From an archaeon (GTDB taxonomy: Archaea > B1Sed10-29 > WALL01 > WAMD01): a stretch of DNA of 53,177 nucleotides. This document shows positions 1 to 10,191 of this stretch, piece by piece; the stretch's first letter is position 1; the number at the start of each line of letters is the position of its first letter. The stretch covers positions 1 to 53,177 of the forward strand of contig JAJRYR010000040.1 of assembly GCA_024275655.1 (NCBI GenBank), given 5' to 3'. The notes under the pieces were generated by a model that saw only the letters and a list, made by a program, of their open reading frames with translations, ran no database searches and had not been told where the DNA came from. A program made the translations under genes and the position numbers.

Positions 1-351
1 GCTTACAAAAAACTATCAGAAGCCGAAAGGGCCCTCTCCTTGGGTGTACACGAATACTCCTTAATCAGCGCATATACTGCAATGTTCCATGCCAGTAGAG
101 CTTTGTTATTCAAGGAGGGCATCATCGAGAAAAGCCACTACTGTATGATCCGATACTTATTAGATAAATACGGAACGAAGATAGAAAAGAAATTTTTATG
201 GTTGTTGGATGAGTACAGAGAAAGGAGACATGAACTGCTCTACGGTCTGTTTCCACAAAAAATCACAGAAGAACTAGCAAAGGAAGCACTGGAAAATGCA
301 AGACAGTTTTTGGAAGTTGTGGAAGATCTATTGGGGGAAAGGAATGATTGA
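1..351 (+). CDS. HEPN domain protein (UPF0332-like), 5'-partial
   Basis: Frame open from base 1; AYTAMFHASRALL...SH...YRERRHELLY...A.EALENARQFL matches the archaeal HEPN pattern. Confidence 0.85.
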   Translation, partial: AYKKLSEAERALSLGVHEYSLISAYTAMFHASRALLFKEGIIEKSHYCMIRYLLDKYGTKIEKKFLWLLDEYRERRHELLYGLFPQKITEELAKEALENARQFLEVVEDLLGERND

Positions 352-1267
352 TAGGGAAAAATTTGGTCCGCTACCAGATGAATTTTTCCAACGATATGAG
401 GAATTATTGGGGAACAAAGCCGACAAGTTTTTTGAATACCTAGTGAAACCACTAAGACCCAGCATAAGAGTAAACACGCTAAAGATTAGCCCAGATGAGC
501 TGAGGGAAAAACTGGAAAAACACTATGGATGGAAACTAGAGGAAGTAAAATGGGTTGGTTATGCTTACTACCTTGAGAACATTATACAAAATCCTGGAGC
601 AACACTGGAACACGCAGCTGGACTATACTACGTACAAGAAACAAGCTCCATGATCCCAGTGATTGTACTGGACCCAAAACCCGGTGAACTAGTACTGGAT
701 ATAGCAGCAGCCCCAGGTTCCAAAACCACCCAACTATGCCAAGAAATGGAGAACATGGGGGGGATTCTAGCAAACGAGGCTAGCAGGGGAAGGATCGCAA
801 TATTGTACAATAACCTAAAGAGGTTTGGGGCAGTGAACGTGAGGGTCCGTCTAGGAGATGGTAGGAGAATCCCGGGAGAAGCCATATTTGACAGATCCCT
901 TGTAGATGTTCCATGCTCAAGCGAGGCCACGATCTCAAAGACCTGGCTAACTGCTAAAAGATGGTCCCCAGGGTTCATTCATCACTTATCCAAACTCCAA
1001 AAGGGATTGTTAAGATCTGCCATAAAATTGACGAAACCAGGGGGAACAATAGTTTATTCCACATGCACCTTTGAACCAGAAGAGAATGAAATGGTCATAG
1101 ACTGGGCACTTGAAAACCTGCCGGTGGAACTGGAAAAAGTGAAAGTAAAGGCATTGGAGGCAGATAGGGGATTACCTGGATTCCAGTGTAGTGACGAGGT
1201 ATTGAGAATCTGGCCCTGGCACGAGATGGAGGGCTTCTTTATCGCAAAACTCGTGAGGGTGGAGTAG
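344..1267 (+). CDS. RsmB/NOP2 family RNA m5C methyltransferase
   Basis: RVNTLK, YYVQETSSM, VLDIAAAPGSKT, DVPCS, YSTCTFEPEENE motifs; ATG 344 overlaps HEPN stop. Confidence 0.95.
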   Translation: MIDREKFGPLPDEFFQRYEELLGNKADKFFEYLVKPLRPSIRVNTLKISPDELREKLEKHYGWKLEEVKWVGYAYYLENIIQNPGATLEHAAGLYYVQETSSMIPVIVLDPKPGELVLDIAAAPGSKTTQLCQEMENMGGILANEASRGRIAILYNNLKRFGAVNVRVRLGDGRRIPGEAIFDRSLVDVPCSSEATISKTWLTAKRWSPGFIHHLSKLQKGLLRSAIKLTKPGGTIVYSTCTFEPEENEMVIDWALENLPVELEKVKVKALEADRGLPGFQCSDEVLRIWPWHEMEGFFIAKLVRVE

Positions 1268-1699
1268 ATGAAGAGATTCTGGAAAACCATAGATGACTTG
1301 GGCATTCCAAGGAAAGTCTTGGATGGGCTTGTGATAGAAGGGAGTAGACGGGGCTGGAGAATATCGACACCAGAGCTAGACAAAATACCCAAAACCCCCA
1401 ATGATTCTTATGGGCTCCTGGCGGTAAGAGAAAGTGGAAAGCCAACTAGCTTCTTCTTGAGGGCATTTCACAAGCACATAAGAAGAACTGTGAAGGTAAA
1501 CCTGGAGGAGTTGGAAGCCCTGTTGAGTAATGGACAAGTGGAGAAGAAGAGCGAAAGTGGCTGGGTATTGATTACTTTTGATGAGATACCTATCGGTTGT
1601 GGATACTCAAATGGAAAGATCCTAAAACTGGAGATGCCTAAAGATGATATAAAGAGGATGACAGCTGGCCTAAATAATCTACTGGCAAGTAAAAAATAA
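1268..1699 (+). CDS. NIP7/RsmF C-terminal PUA-like protein (partner of the methyltransferase)
   Basis: Abuts the m5C MTase stop; KPTS..L and GWVLITFDEIPIGCG resemble the RsmF C-terminal PUA-like domain. Confidence 0.65.
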   Translation: MKRFWKTIDDLGIPRKVLDGLVIEGSRRGWRISTPELDKIPKTPNDSYGLLAVRESGKPTSFFLRAFHKHIRRTVKVNLEELEALLSNGQVEKKSESGWVLITFDEIPIGCGYSNGKILKLEMPKDDIKRMTAGLNNLLASKK

Positions 1700-1736
1700 A
1701 GAAGGTTTTTAAACCCTTCATAGCATAACTACAACC

Positions 1737-2897
1737 ATGGACAGCATAGAGGCAATTCCAGCCCAGCCAGGAACTAGGCTTCTAGAACTGGAAAGGAAGA
1801 TAAAAGAGCTGGAAATGGAAAATAGAAGGCTTGAAATAACCAATTATGAACTCACAAATAGGATAAGAAGGCTAGAATCCGAGCTAAAAAAGCTGAAGAG
1901 CGAGCCACTTTTGGTGGGTGTGGTTGAGGAGATTCTATCAAAGGGAAAGGTGATAGTAAAGAGCAGTAATGGTGCTCAATTCCTCGTAAATTCTCTAATA
2001 AACGTTCTGCCTGGGGACAGAGTTGCAATGAATCAACAGAACCTAACAATAGTTAAAAGATTACCCAGGGAAAGAGACAGATTCGTTAAGGCGGCGGAAG
2101 TTATAGAAAGGCCAAGAGTAACATTCGATGACGTGGGGGGATTGGATAGACAAATTCAGGAATTGAGAGAAATCGTGGAACTGCCGCTGAAGAATCCGCA
2201 GATATTTGAGGAAATTGGAATCGATCCTCCAAAGGGCATACTCCTATACGGTCCACCAGGATGCGGTAAGACTCTTCTGGTGAAGGCCCTAGCAAGGGAA
2301 TCAGAGGCTACATTCATAAGAGTTGTGGGATCGGAGCTGGTGAGGAAGTACATAGGAGAAGGTGCAAAGCTAGTGAAGCAGATATTTGAACTAGCCAGAG
2401 AAAAGGCACCCAGCATTCTATTCATAGATGAGATAGATGCCATAGCCGCTAGGAGAATGGAGGAAACAACTGGTGGAGACAGAGAAGTAAATAGAACCTT
2501 GATGCAGCTACTTGCAGAATTGGACGGTTTCAACGAGAGGGGAGAAGTTAGGATAATAGGTGCAACAAATAGAATAGATATCCTGGATCCAGCAATCTTG
2601 AGGCCTGGAAGATTCGACAGGTTGATAGAGGTGCCACTACCAGACGAGAAGGCAAGGGAGCAAATATTTAAGGTCCACACCAGAAGGATGAAGCTAGCAA
2701 AGGATGTAAACCTAAAGAAACTCGCGAAGATGACCGAAGGGGCGAATGGTGCAGAGATAAAGGCGGTCTGCACAGAGGCAGGAATGTTCGCAATAAGGAA
2801 AGGGAAGAAAGAAGTTGGCATGGAAGAATTCCTAGATGCAATAGAGAAGGTTATAGTGTACGCAGAGGAAGGAGAAGAGGCCGTGTACTATACTTAA
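1737..2897 (+). CDS. pan: Proteasome-activating nucleotidase
   Basis: N-terminal coiled coil, OB region, [25 protein letters not shown]-terminal HbYX-like YYT. Confidence 0.97.
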   Translation: MDSIEAIPAQPGTRLLELERKIKELEMENRRLEITNYELTNRIRRLESELKKLKSEPLLVGVVEEILSKGKVIVKSSNGAQFLVNSLINVLPGDRVAMNQQNLTIVKRLPRERDRFVKAAEVIERPRVTFDDVGGLDRQIQELREIVELPLKNPQIFEEIGIDPPKGILLYGPPGCGKTLLVKALARESEATFIRVVGSELVRKYIGEGAKLVKQIFELAREKAPSILFIDEIDAIAARRMEETTGGDREVNRTLMQLLAELDGFNERGEVRIIGATNRIDILDPAILRPGRFDRLIEVPLPDEKAREQIFKVHTRRMKLAKDVNLKKLAKMTEGANGAEIKAVCTEAGMFAIRKGKKEVGMEEFLDAIEKVIVYAEEGEEAVYYT

Positions 2898-3292
2898 TCT
2901 AGTAAGAGCCGGCGCTCTATCGCTTCAAGTTCCTCTTCCTTGGAAGTGTGAGGCATATCCATCTCTTCAAAATCCAGGCTGGGCATTGGTTTTCGGGAGA
3001 TCCACACAAGAACAACTTTTCCACCAGTTTCCCTAGGGAGCAAACATTCCATTGCTTTGTTTATTTGTCTTTTGCCGGTGAGCCTAACAAGAAATTCCAT
3101 CGCTAAATCCCTGGCTATTCCAGTCCCAGATAAATGGGAATCGATTGCGGTCATTATGCATGAGAGAACGTGCCTGGGTCCCTTAATGCATCTCGGATTG
3201 ATCAGGAGAAACCCATCCGGGATCTTAGAAAAATCTGGGACCAAAAACTCCCCAAATCCATAGTAAAAGCCATTATATCGGTCAGATATCAT
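2894..3292 (-). CDS. cgi121: KEOPS complex subunit Cgi121
   Basis: G.RHVLS...[25 protein letters not shown]-terminal AIERRLLL. Confidence 0.85.
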   Translation of the reverse strand: MISDRYNGFYYGFGEFLVPDFSKIPDGFLLINPRCIKGPRHVLSCIMTAIDSHLSGTGIARDLAMEFLVRLTGKRQINKAMECLLPRETGGKVVLVWISRKPMPSLDFEEMDMPHTSKEEELEAIERRLLLD

Positions 3293-3364
3293 AGAAAGGT
3301 TAATAAATAACCTAAATTAAAAATGTTTAGCTCATGATTCTACAATACTTGAGAGGGTGGTAGA

Positions 3365-3748
3365 ATGGTAGTGTATCACGGAAGATCCAAGCGAACCAAG
3401 ACCGGAGCAAAAAGGCATCCATACAAGAAAAAGAAGAAAAAGGCACTCTTGGGTAGGCAGTACATTCCAGTAACTGTGGGAGAGACAGAGAAAAAAATAA
3501 TCAGGGTGATGGGTGGAAACACCAAGGTTAGATTAAAGTCAGTGGAATTTGCAAATGTCTTGGACCCAGAGACAAAGCAATACAAGAAGGTCAAGATACT
3601 CTCTGTCCTGGAGAACACTGCAGATAGAAACTTCGCAAGAAGAAACATAATCACCAAGGGCGCTATAATAGAGACAGAACTAGGAAAGGCAAGGGTAGTT
3701 TCCAGGCCTGGCCAAGATGGAGTAATTAACGCTATCCTAGTAAAATAA
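3365..3748 (+). CDS. rps8e: 30S ribosomal protein S8e
   Basis: RSKRTKTGAK, RVMGGNTK, NIITKGAIIET, SRPGQDGVINA. Confidence 0.97.
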   Translation: MVVYHGRSKRTKTGAKRHPYKKKKKKALLGRQYIPVTVGETEKKIIRVMGGNTKVRLKSVEFANVLDPETKQYKKVKILSVLENTADRNFARRNIITKGAIIETELGKARVVSRPGQDGVINAILVK

Positions 3749-3787
3749 AACCCAAATTTTTATATCCCAATTCCCTAATTCTCCGTG

Positions 3788-4390
3788 ATGCCAAGGAAAA
3801 CTGTGCAAAGCATATTCAAGTCAAAGCTTGGAATTTCTGGAAGCAAAAAACACATAGATATATTTCTAGAAGAGGAAACTAAGGGAGACAGAATGTCCTT
3901 CGCTAGCATAAGAGACAGAATATCAAATGTTAAACGAAAAATCAGTGAAGAGGGGTTCACCTACAAAAATTTTCATGAGTCCATCAGTAAAAAACCGCAT
4001 GTGACCATGAGGGGACTGTACACTTGGGTTTATCACGCAGACGCGGGGTTAGCAAAAATAGTGGAAAAGGCGCTCAAAAACAAGAGTTTATCAAAGTCAG
4101 ATATCCTAGAATTCAAAAAACACATAAACCAAGCGATTAAAGAACTGGAGAGAGCAAATCAGGAGTACAAAAACATCCAGGCATTCATAAAACCAGATTA
4201 TCCTTATGCCATGGGAATCATAGAAACTCTATCCCTAATGAAGGAAAGGCCCGAGGTGTATGCAAACCTAATTTACGTCTACGCAAAACACGGGAAGGTA
4301 GAGCCTAGCTACATTGAAGAGAATGTTGATAAGCTATTTTCGCTCAAAAAGACCAAAAGCAAGAAACAGAAGAAAAGAACTAAACCCTAA
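3788..4390 (+). CDS. Hypothetical lysine-rich protein
   Basis: 200-aa ORF filling the gap, TATA-like TTTTTATA upstream; no motif recognised. Confidence 0.7.
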   Translation: MPRKTVQSIFKSKLGISGSKKHIDIFLEEETKGDRMSFASIRDRISNVKRKISEEGFTYKNFHESISKKPHVTMRGLYTWVYHADAGLAKIVEKALKNKSLSKSDILEFKKHINQAIKELERANQEYKNIQAFIKPDYPYAMGIIETLSLMKERPEVYANLIYVYAKHGKVEPSYIEENVDKLFSLKKTKSKKQKKRTKP

Positions 4391-4631
4391 ACATATCTGG
4401 GTCTACACTAATTGGCATTGCAGGTCCTGGAACATAGAGTTCGTATTTTGGCTCTCCCACCCTAGTTCTAAGGATGATTCTAACATTTTTCCCAGGGAAC
4501 CTAGTTTTTACCCATCTCTTTATTTCCTCTATTAGATCTTCCAGTGTTTTCCCAGACAAAACCACCAAGTACTTCCTGCACGCTGCTTCCCAGCCACCAT
4601 CTGCAGGATAAACCTCAAACTCTACCTCCAT
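4380..4631 (-). CDS. Small HicB-like fold protein
   Basis: VYPADGGWEA...SGKTLEDLIEEIK resembles the HicB N-terminal pattern; coupled to yjbQ. Confidence 0.55.
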   Translation of the reverse strand: MEVEFEVYPADGGWEAACRKYLVVLSGKTLEDLIEEIKRWVKTRFPGKNVRIILRTRVGEPKYELYVPGPAMPISVDPDMFRV

Positions 4632-5051
4632 CTAGATCCCCCACACCTGAATTATCAGCTTCCTTCTCCTGGGCTTGTTATCCAGCTCTATGAAAACAGG
4701 TTGCTGCCATGTCCCTAGCAAAAGCTGTCCATTTTTGAATGGAATTACTAAAGCGGGTCCCAGAAAGCTCGCCCTAACGTGAGAATGACCATTCCCATCG
4801 TGCCACGTTTCCTCATGATGATAGTAGATGTCTCTGGGGAACAAACGCTCCAGGGCCTCGGGAATATCCTTCTTCAACCCGGGTTCATACTCCATGGTTG
4901 TCAAGGCACCAGTAGACCCAGGAAGAAACAAGAGAACAAATCCCTCCTGAAGTCCGCTTTTATCCAACTTTTCCTCAACGATTTCTGTCAAGTCCAGTAT
5001 ATCCAGCTCTCGCGTCTCTGGAAGCTGCACTTCATAGGTTTTTACATTCAT
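4632..5051 (-). CDS. yjbQ: YjbQ/UPF0047 family protein
   Basis: GSTGALTTMEYEPGL, NGHSHVRAS, LGTWQQ..FIELD. Confidence 0.93.
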   Translation of the reverse strand: MNVKTYEVQLPETRELDILDLTEIVEEKLDKSGLQEGFVLLFLPGSTGALTTMEYEPGLKKDIPEALERLFPRDIYYHHEETWHDGNGHSHVRASFLGPALVIPFKNGQLLLGTWQQPVFIELDNKPRRRKLIIQVWGI

Positions 5052-5120
5052 AAATGATTTATCTTAAGAAAACTATATATAGGTTAACTTCTCAAAATCT
5101 TGGCAAGGAGGTGAGTTCTC

Positions 5121-6305
5121 TTGAAGTATTCAAAAATTATCCTGCCAATTATCATAATAACTGCAATAATTCTAACTGGGTGCATACAATTTGGCCCTGG
5201 GAATCAAACAAACACAGCAGCACAAATAACAGATAACAAAACACAGACTACATCCGGATTACATTGGGTATCTGCTCCCAGTTCTGCAGTAGAAAAAATG
5301 AAGGAACTAGAAAATTATCTGAAACTCAAACTAGGGGAATTCACGCTCTCAAATATTGAAACAGAAACCACCACAAACATAACTAGGGCAAAGCTGACTA
5401 TTGGTGGGCAGTCAGTGAATGTGTATGTCTCGCCATCTGGCAAGTCATTCTGGTTCGAAAATGCCATGCAAAAGCTCAATTGGACTGGAACGTACGAGCA
5501 AAAGATAGAAAACTACTTGAAATCAATACTAAAACCTGGAGTCACGTATGAGTTTCTAGGAAAGGCCCAGAACCAAGGTATGGAAGAATACAAGTATAAG
5601 CTTAGTTATCAGGGAATGACACAGAATGTATCTCTATTCAGGTTTGGGGACTACGTTATTCTAGATCAGGCTATACAAAGAATATTCTCACCGAGCAAGT
5701 CAGAGATGCCAGATGTAAAATTGTTTGTAATGAGTTTCTGTCCATTTGGTAGAATGGCAGAATCATCAATGGCTCCAGTAGAAAAACTCCTAGGAAAACT
5801 GGCGAACATTACAGTGCACTACGTCATATACCCCAGCCAGATGTACGCGGGACAGGAAGACAAGTACTGCATGGGGGAGTACTGTTCAATGCACGGGATA
5901 AACGAACTTAGAGAAGATGTAAGACAGATGTGCATTCAAAAATACTATCCAGACAAGTTCTGGGACTACATATCTGAAATAGCCACAAACAACAGCTATT
6001 CTCCGGAGAACATAGAAGACAAGTGGAAACCACTAGCTGAAAAACTTGGAATAAATGTGACAAAGATAGAGAGATGCCTAGAAAATGAGGGTATGGATCT
6101 ATTAGCCCAGGATTACGCACTAAACCAGAAGTACGGAGTTTCAGGATCACCAACGGTAATAATAAACGAGGAAAGATGGGACTGGTCCAGAACACCAGAA
6201 GGATTCAAGTGGGCAATATGCCAAGCATTCAAGATCAAACCAGAGGAGTGCCAGCAAGAACTATCCCATAGTACGAACACGACCCCAGCAGGGAGCTGTG
6301 GATGA
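5121..6305 (+). CDS. Thioredoxin-fold (DsbA/GILT-like) lipoprotein
   Basis: Lipobox ILTGC; LFVMSFCPFG, SMHG..E and GVSGSPT cis-Pro loop; TTG start after GGAGGTGA. Confidence 0.8.
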   Translation: MKYSKIILPIIIITAIILTGCIQFGPGNQTNTAAQITDNKTQTTSGLHWVSAPSSAVEKMKELENYLKLKLGEFTLSNIETETTTNITRAKLTIGGQSVNVYVSPSGKSFWFENAMQKLNWTGTYEQKIENYLKSILKPGVTYEFLGKAQNQGMEEYKYKLSYQGMTQNVSLFRFGDYVILDQAIQRIFSPSKSEMPDVKLFVMSFCPFGRMAESSMAPVEKLLGKLANITVHYVIYPSQMYAGQEDKYCMGEYCSMHGINELREDVRQMCIQKYYPDKFWDYISEIATNNSYSPENIEDKWKPLAEKLGINVTKIERCLENEGMDLLAQDYALNQKYGVSGSPTVIINEERWDWSRTPEGFKWAICQAFKIKPEECQQELSHSTNTTPAGSCG

Positions 6306-6389
6306 TCCCCTCACCCTCAACCCACCTTAAACTGATAATCTAGACTCTCCGAGAATATTTTAAAAACCTGTTTCTCAATAATAGACCTC

Positions 6390-7376
6390 ATGCTCCAGAT
6401 AGATCCAAAAATCATAGAGGATATGAGAAAAAAATCATACGGAGTATGGAATCACTCAGCCGTGCAGATATGCTCCTGGACAAAGAAAGCAATACTTGAA
6501 AAAGGAACATGCTACAAGAACAAATTCTACGGCATAGATACCCATAGATGCATGGAAATGACTCCTGTGAGTGTGTTCTGCACCAACAACTGCATATACT
6601 GCTGGAGACCAATGGAATTCATGAAACTAGTGAATATAGAACCAGAGGATGTGGACGACCCGGAAGGTATATACGAGCACCTCCTGGAGGAAAGAAAGAG
6701 GTTACTAACTGGATTTTGGGGAAATGAAAATGCAAACAAGAAACTCCTAGAGGAGGCCATGATTCCCAATCACTTCGCAATAAGTCTCTCAGGGGAACCA
6801 ACACTGTATCCAAAACTCCCAGAACTAATAAAGTTCCTGAAATCTCTCCCTCAAACAAGATCCATATTCCTGGTGACCAACGGGCAGGAGCCAGATATGA
6901 TAAAAAGACTCATAGATGATGATGCGTTACCAACCCAATTGTACATCAGCATAACTGCCCCAAATCCTGAACTCTACAAAAGGATAAGCGTTCCCCATTA
7001 TCCTGATGCATGGGAAAGGCTAACCAGAACACTGGAGATTGTGGCAGATGCTCAAGTGAGAAAAGTCATAAGAATGACAATGATAAAAGGCTGGAACATG
7101 GACGATGCTCTAATATCTGAGTACGTGGATCTAATAAAAATAGGAAATCCTCACTTTGTTGAAGTGAAGGCATACATGTACTTAGGATACTCCACGCATA
7201 GATTGAAGAAGGAGAATATGCCTACCCATGAAGAGATAAAGGAGTTCTCTAAAAAGACGGTTGAGCAATCCGATTTCTTGGAGTACATGGACGAGCAGGA
7301 GGCCAGTAGAATAGTGGTGCTTAAGAATAAGGAAAACCCCATTGATCCTTTCATCTCTCCAGTTCAATCTAGGTAG
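6390..7376 (+). CDS. taw1: 4-demethylwyosine synthase (radical SAM)
   Basis: HSAVQICSWTK, CYK.KFYGI.THRC, CTNNCIYCWR, ISLSGEPTLY, VEVKAYM. Confidence 0.95.
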   Translation: MLQIDPKIIEDMRKKSYGVWNHSAVQICSWTKKAILEKGTCYKNKFYGIDTHRCMEMTPVSVFCTNNCIYCWRPMEFMKLVNIEPEDVDDPEGIYEHLLEERKRLLTGFWGNENANKKLLEEAMIPNHFAISLSGEPTLYPKLPELIKFLKSLPQTRSIFLVTNGQEPDMIKRLIDDDALPTQLYISITAPNPELYKRISVPHYPDAWERLTRTLEIVADAQVRKVIRMTMIKGWNMDDALISEYVDLIKIGNPHFVEVKAYMYLGYSTHRLKKENMPTHEEIKEFSKKTVEQSDFLEYMDEQEASRIVVLKNKENPIDPFISPVQSR

Positions 7377-8005
7377 ACCATGCTGGATATCTGGCCCCCA
7401 GCAATTTGGATAATCGCTCTAGCTATCCTGTCCATGGCGTCTATGAGCTGTCCACGGGTTGTTTCTCTATTTCCATAAACAACAACTAAAGCATTTTTGG
7501 TTTTCTCTGAAATGTAGGCCACCTTACTGTCGTAGCAGGGGATGAGGGAAATGACCTTCTCTGGGTCAGCTAGGACTAGCTCCCTACCCCCTAACTCAAA
7601 CTTTGTACCGCCTGTTTCAAATATATAACCAGGTATCCCTAAGCCCATATATGGTTCCTCTTTTACTTTGTTCCAGTCGTACACACTAGCCACAACTCCC
7701 TCGTATATCTGCATCAAATTGACTACATCCACAATGTCATTGTTCTCTGGAAATGCGTCCTCCAACAGCAACCTAGCCAAAAGAGAGACCTTTGGCTCCC
7801 TTCCACAGGACCTGTAAGCTATTGCCTCATATTCTCTAATGACTGGAGAATCAAAGAAACTGGGGGTTTCCTTTAAGTAACTAAGAACCTTTTCCCTCAA
7901 TTTTGGGACAGCCCAATGCCCCATGGAGAACTTTATACCAGATATCTGGTAGGCCACCAACTTTATGCCTGGATACCTCTCCTTCGCCTCGGGTTTTATA
8001 TGCAT
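7364..8005 (-). CDS. Stand-alone B3/B4 (PheRS editing-like) domain protein
   Basis: FPENNDIVDVVN, VYDWNKV, LVLADPEKVIS, ISEKTKNALVVVYG. Confidence 0.75.
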   Translation of the reverse strand: MHIKPEAKERYPGIKLVAYQISGIKFSMGHWAVPKLREKVLSYLKETPSFFDSPVIREYEAIAYRSCGREPKVSLLARLLLEDAFPENNDIVDVVNLMQIYEGVVASVYDWNKVKEEPYMGLGIPGYIFETGGTKFELGGRELVLADPEKVISLIPCYDSKVAYISEKTKNALVVVYGNRETTRGQLIDAMDRIARAIIQIAGGQISSMVYLD

Positions 8006-8058
8006 GAAAATAAAAAGAAGCTTGGATTTAAATATGTTGCTAGATCCGGGGGATAGAT

Positions 8059-8553
8059 ATGGAAGAACACGTTTGCGAGATATGTGGAAAAAGAACTAGA
8101 ACCCCATACGTTGCATTCCTAGAAGGTGCAAGATTGGTTATATGCGAAAGATGCGCTAGGACATACAAAAATGCAGAACCGCTGTTCAAGGAAAGGAAAA
8201 GAGTTCAGAGAGCAATCAAACCAAAAAAGAAAGTTGTTGAAAAAACTTTTGAGATTGTTGAGGATTATGCAGAGAAAGTGAGAAAGGCCAGGGAAGCCAG
8301 AGGGCTCAAGGTGGAAGAGCTGGCAAAGGAGATTGCAGAACCAGAAAGCGAAATTCACAAAATAGAGAGAGGTGAATTGCTACCAGAGCTAAAGGTTGCT
8401 GAGAAACTGGAGAAATTCCTGGGGATAAAGTTAATAAGAGAAATCACAGAGGAAGAACTGGAAAAGGAGAAGGAACTAGTAAAAGATCTAGATAAAGAAG
8501 AGGAACCTCTCACGCTGGGGGACATTGTTGTAATCAGAAAAAAGAAACACTAA
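8059..8553 (+). CDS. mbf1: Multiprotein bridging factor aMBF1
   Basis: CEICG..CERC zinc ribbon, EDYAEKVRKARE HTH, C-terminal TLGDIV. Confidence 0.93.
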   Translation: MEEHVCEICGKRTRTPYVAFLEGARLVICERCARTYKNAEPLFKERKRVQRAIKPKKKVVEKTFEIVEDYAEKVRKAREARGLKVEELAKEIAEPESEIHKIERGELLPELKVAEKLEKFLGIKLIREITEEELEKEKELVKDLDKEEEPLTLGDIVVIRKKKH

Positions 8554-10191
8554 TCACCAATCCCTCCAACCCAAAAATTTCAAATCTATCTCAAACCCTG
8601 TTACAGGCATCTCTATCTCAAAGTTCTCCAAAACCTTTGGATGTATCTCTCCGACCCAGCCAACGGACTCTCCATTAACCAGTACCTTGGCAACCCTGCC
8701 ATCTAGGAAGCTAGGATTACTGGCCTCTTCAAACCTCAATTCAACTGGCTTCTCCAAGTACCTGAGAACTGCCTCCACAGTTGACTTTGCTACGGAATAA
8801 TCAGAACTCTTATCAGCTATTACTCCAGCTAAATGCAATCTTTCCTCCACTTTGCCCTCTTCTACTAAAGCAACCCTCCCTATCTCATACAACTTCTGTG
8901 GGTAGGGGTGGTGCTTGTTTCTGGAAAGGACATCCAACAGCTGGGGGAGTATCATATCCCTGAATACTGTATAGTTCTCATTAACTGCGCTCTTTACCCT
9001 AACCACGCTTGTACTTCTCTTCATCTTCTTGTGCAAAACGTCTTCACTAGTCAAATGATAATTGCTAGTCTCTAAGAATCCCATCCCAATCAACAACTGA
9101 CCAAGTAACTTGCTAACCTTTGTTTCCTTACTCATCTCACTAACTGTGGCGATGTTTGGTATCTCTGGCTCAAACTTATCGTATCTATACGCTATTGCAA
9201 CATCCTCCACTAAATCAATTGGATGTAAAATATCGCTCCTGTAGGCAGGAACTTTAACGAAAACTCTCCCCTCGTGATCCTTTGCACCTATCCCCATTCT
9301 ACGTAGATAACTAGCAATCTCACCATCGGACAAATTCAATCCAAGGAGCTTGTTCACGTAATCCGGATCAAGTTCCATGTCCATTGGTGTTAGGTCCGGA
9401 TACTCTCTACCCTCCACATTAACGGAGTATATTTTTCCACCCCTATCTGCCAAAGCATAAACCAAGATGTTCAAAGCTTGTACAACTGGTTGGAGCCTGG
9501 TACCAGTAACATCTATTAGGATGTTCCTAGTATTCTCATCCACCGCCGTATCCTGGGAGTTTATCACTGGTGGGAAGGACAATACCTTGCCAGTTGCATC
9601 AACCCAAACCACGTAATTTGGCCCCGGTACCAAATGGGAATACTCTACTCCCTTTGGATGCTCTTTCTTTATTTCTTCAATACTCATTTCTCTATCCATC
9701 CCCAACGGCACAAAAGAAAAGCTACCATCTACAACCTTGTAGGTTATTGGGAATTCAATTTTATCCAGATCATATACACCAATGGACGCAACTTTTCTAT
9801 TCCTGGAATGGGTCAGGTGCAACTTCTCCTGTACCTGCATCAATGATCTTACCAACTCATCATCCATTTCTAGATCCTTTACAACTGCACAAACAGCATA
9901 AGGTCTACTCTTCGCTGTTTCAGGTTCTATCCTAGCTTGATAATCTGATGGATAGACCACCGGCACTCTGATCTCTGACTCCAACCCCAAAAAATACCTC
10001 ATCCCCCTAGCCAAACCCTCTATACTAAGAAAATCCGGCCTATTGGGAGTAACATCCAATACCACTTCAGTATCAGTCATATCGTCTGGAACAACTCCTA
10101 GCATAGCTAGCTCATACTCAAGCTCCTCATCTGACATGTCCTTTCCTATGAGCCTGAGCAGCTCTCGCTTGTCAAAACTAACAGTTGGCAT
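8554..10191 (-). CDS. pheT: Phenylalanine--tRNA ligase beta subunit
   Basis: PNRPDFLSIEG, QEKLH, YRSDILHPIDLVEDVAIAY, GEIHPKVL; ATG overlaps pheS stop. Confidence 0.97.
   Translation of the reverse strand: MPTVSFDKRELLRLIGKDMSDEELEYELAMLGVVPDDMTDTEVVLDVTPNRPDFLSIEGLARGMRYFLGLESEIRVPVVYPSDYQARIEPETAKSRPYAVCAVVKDLEMDDELVRSLMQVQEKLHLTHSRNRKVASIGVYDLDKIEFPITYKVVDGSFSFVPLGMDREMSIEEIKKEHPKGVEYSHLVPGPNYVVWVDATGKVLSFPPVINSQDTAVDENTRNILIDVTGTRLQPVVQALNILVYALADRGGKIYSVNVEGREYPDLTPMDMELDPDYVNKLLGLNLSDGEIASYLRRMGIGAKDHEGRVFVKVPAYRSDILHPIDLVEDVAIAYRYDKFEPEIPNIATVSEMSKETKVSKLLGQLLIGMGFLETSNYHLTSEDVLHKKMKRSTSVVRVKSAVNENYTVFRDMILPQLLDVLSRNKHHPYPQKLYEIGRVALVEEGKVEERLHLAGVIADKSSDYSVAKSTVEAVLRYLEKPVELRFEEASNPSFLDGRVAKVLVNGESVGWVGEIHPKVLENFEIEMPVTGFEIDLKFLGWRDW

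Noticed and set aside
2156..2821. 221-aa ORF antisense to pan, and similar S/F/L-rich shadow ORFs throughout
   Set aside because: Typical antisense shadows of purine-rich genes
6299..6335. Possible C/D box sRNA (GGATGA...CTGA)
   Set aside because: Imperfect C box, no C'/D' boxes, too short
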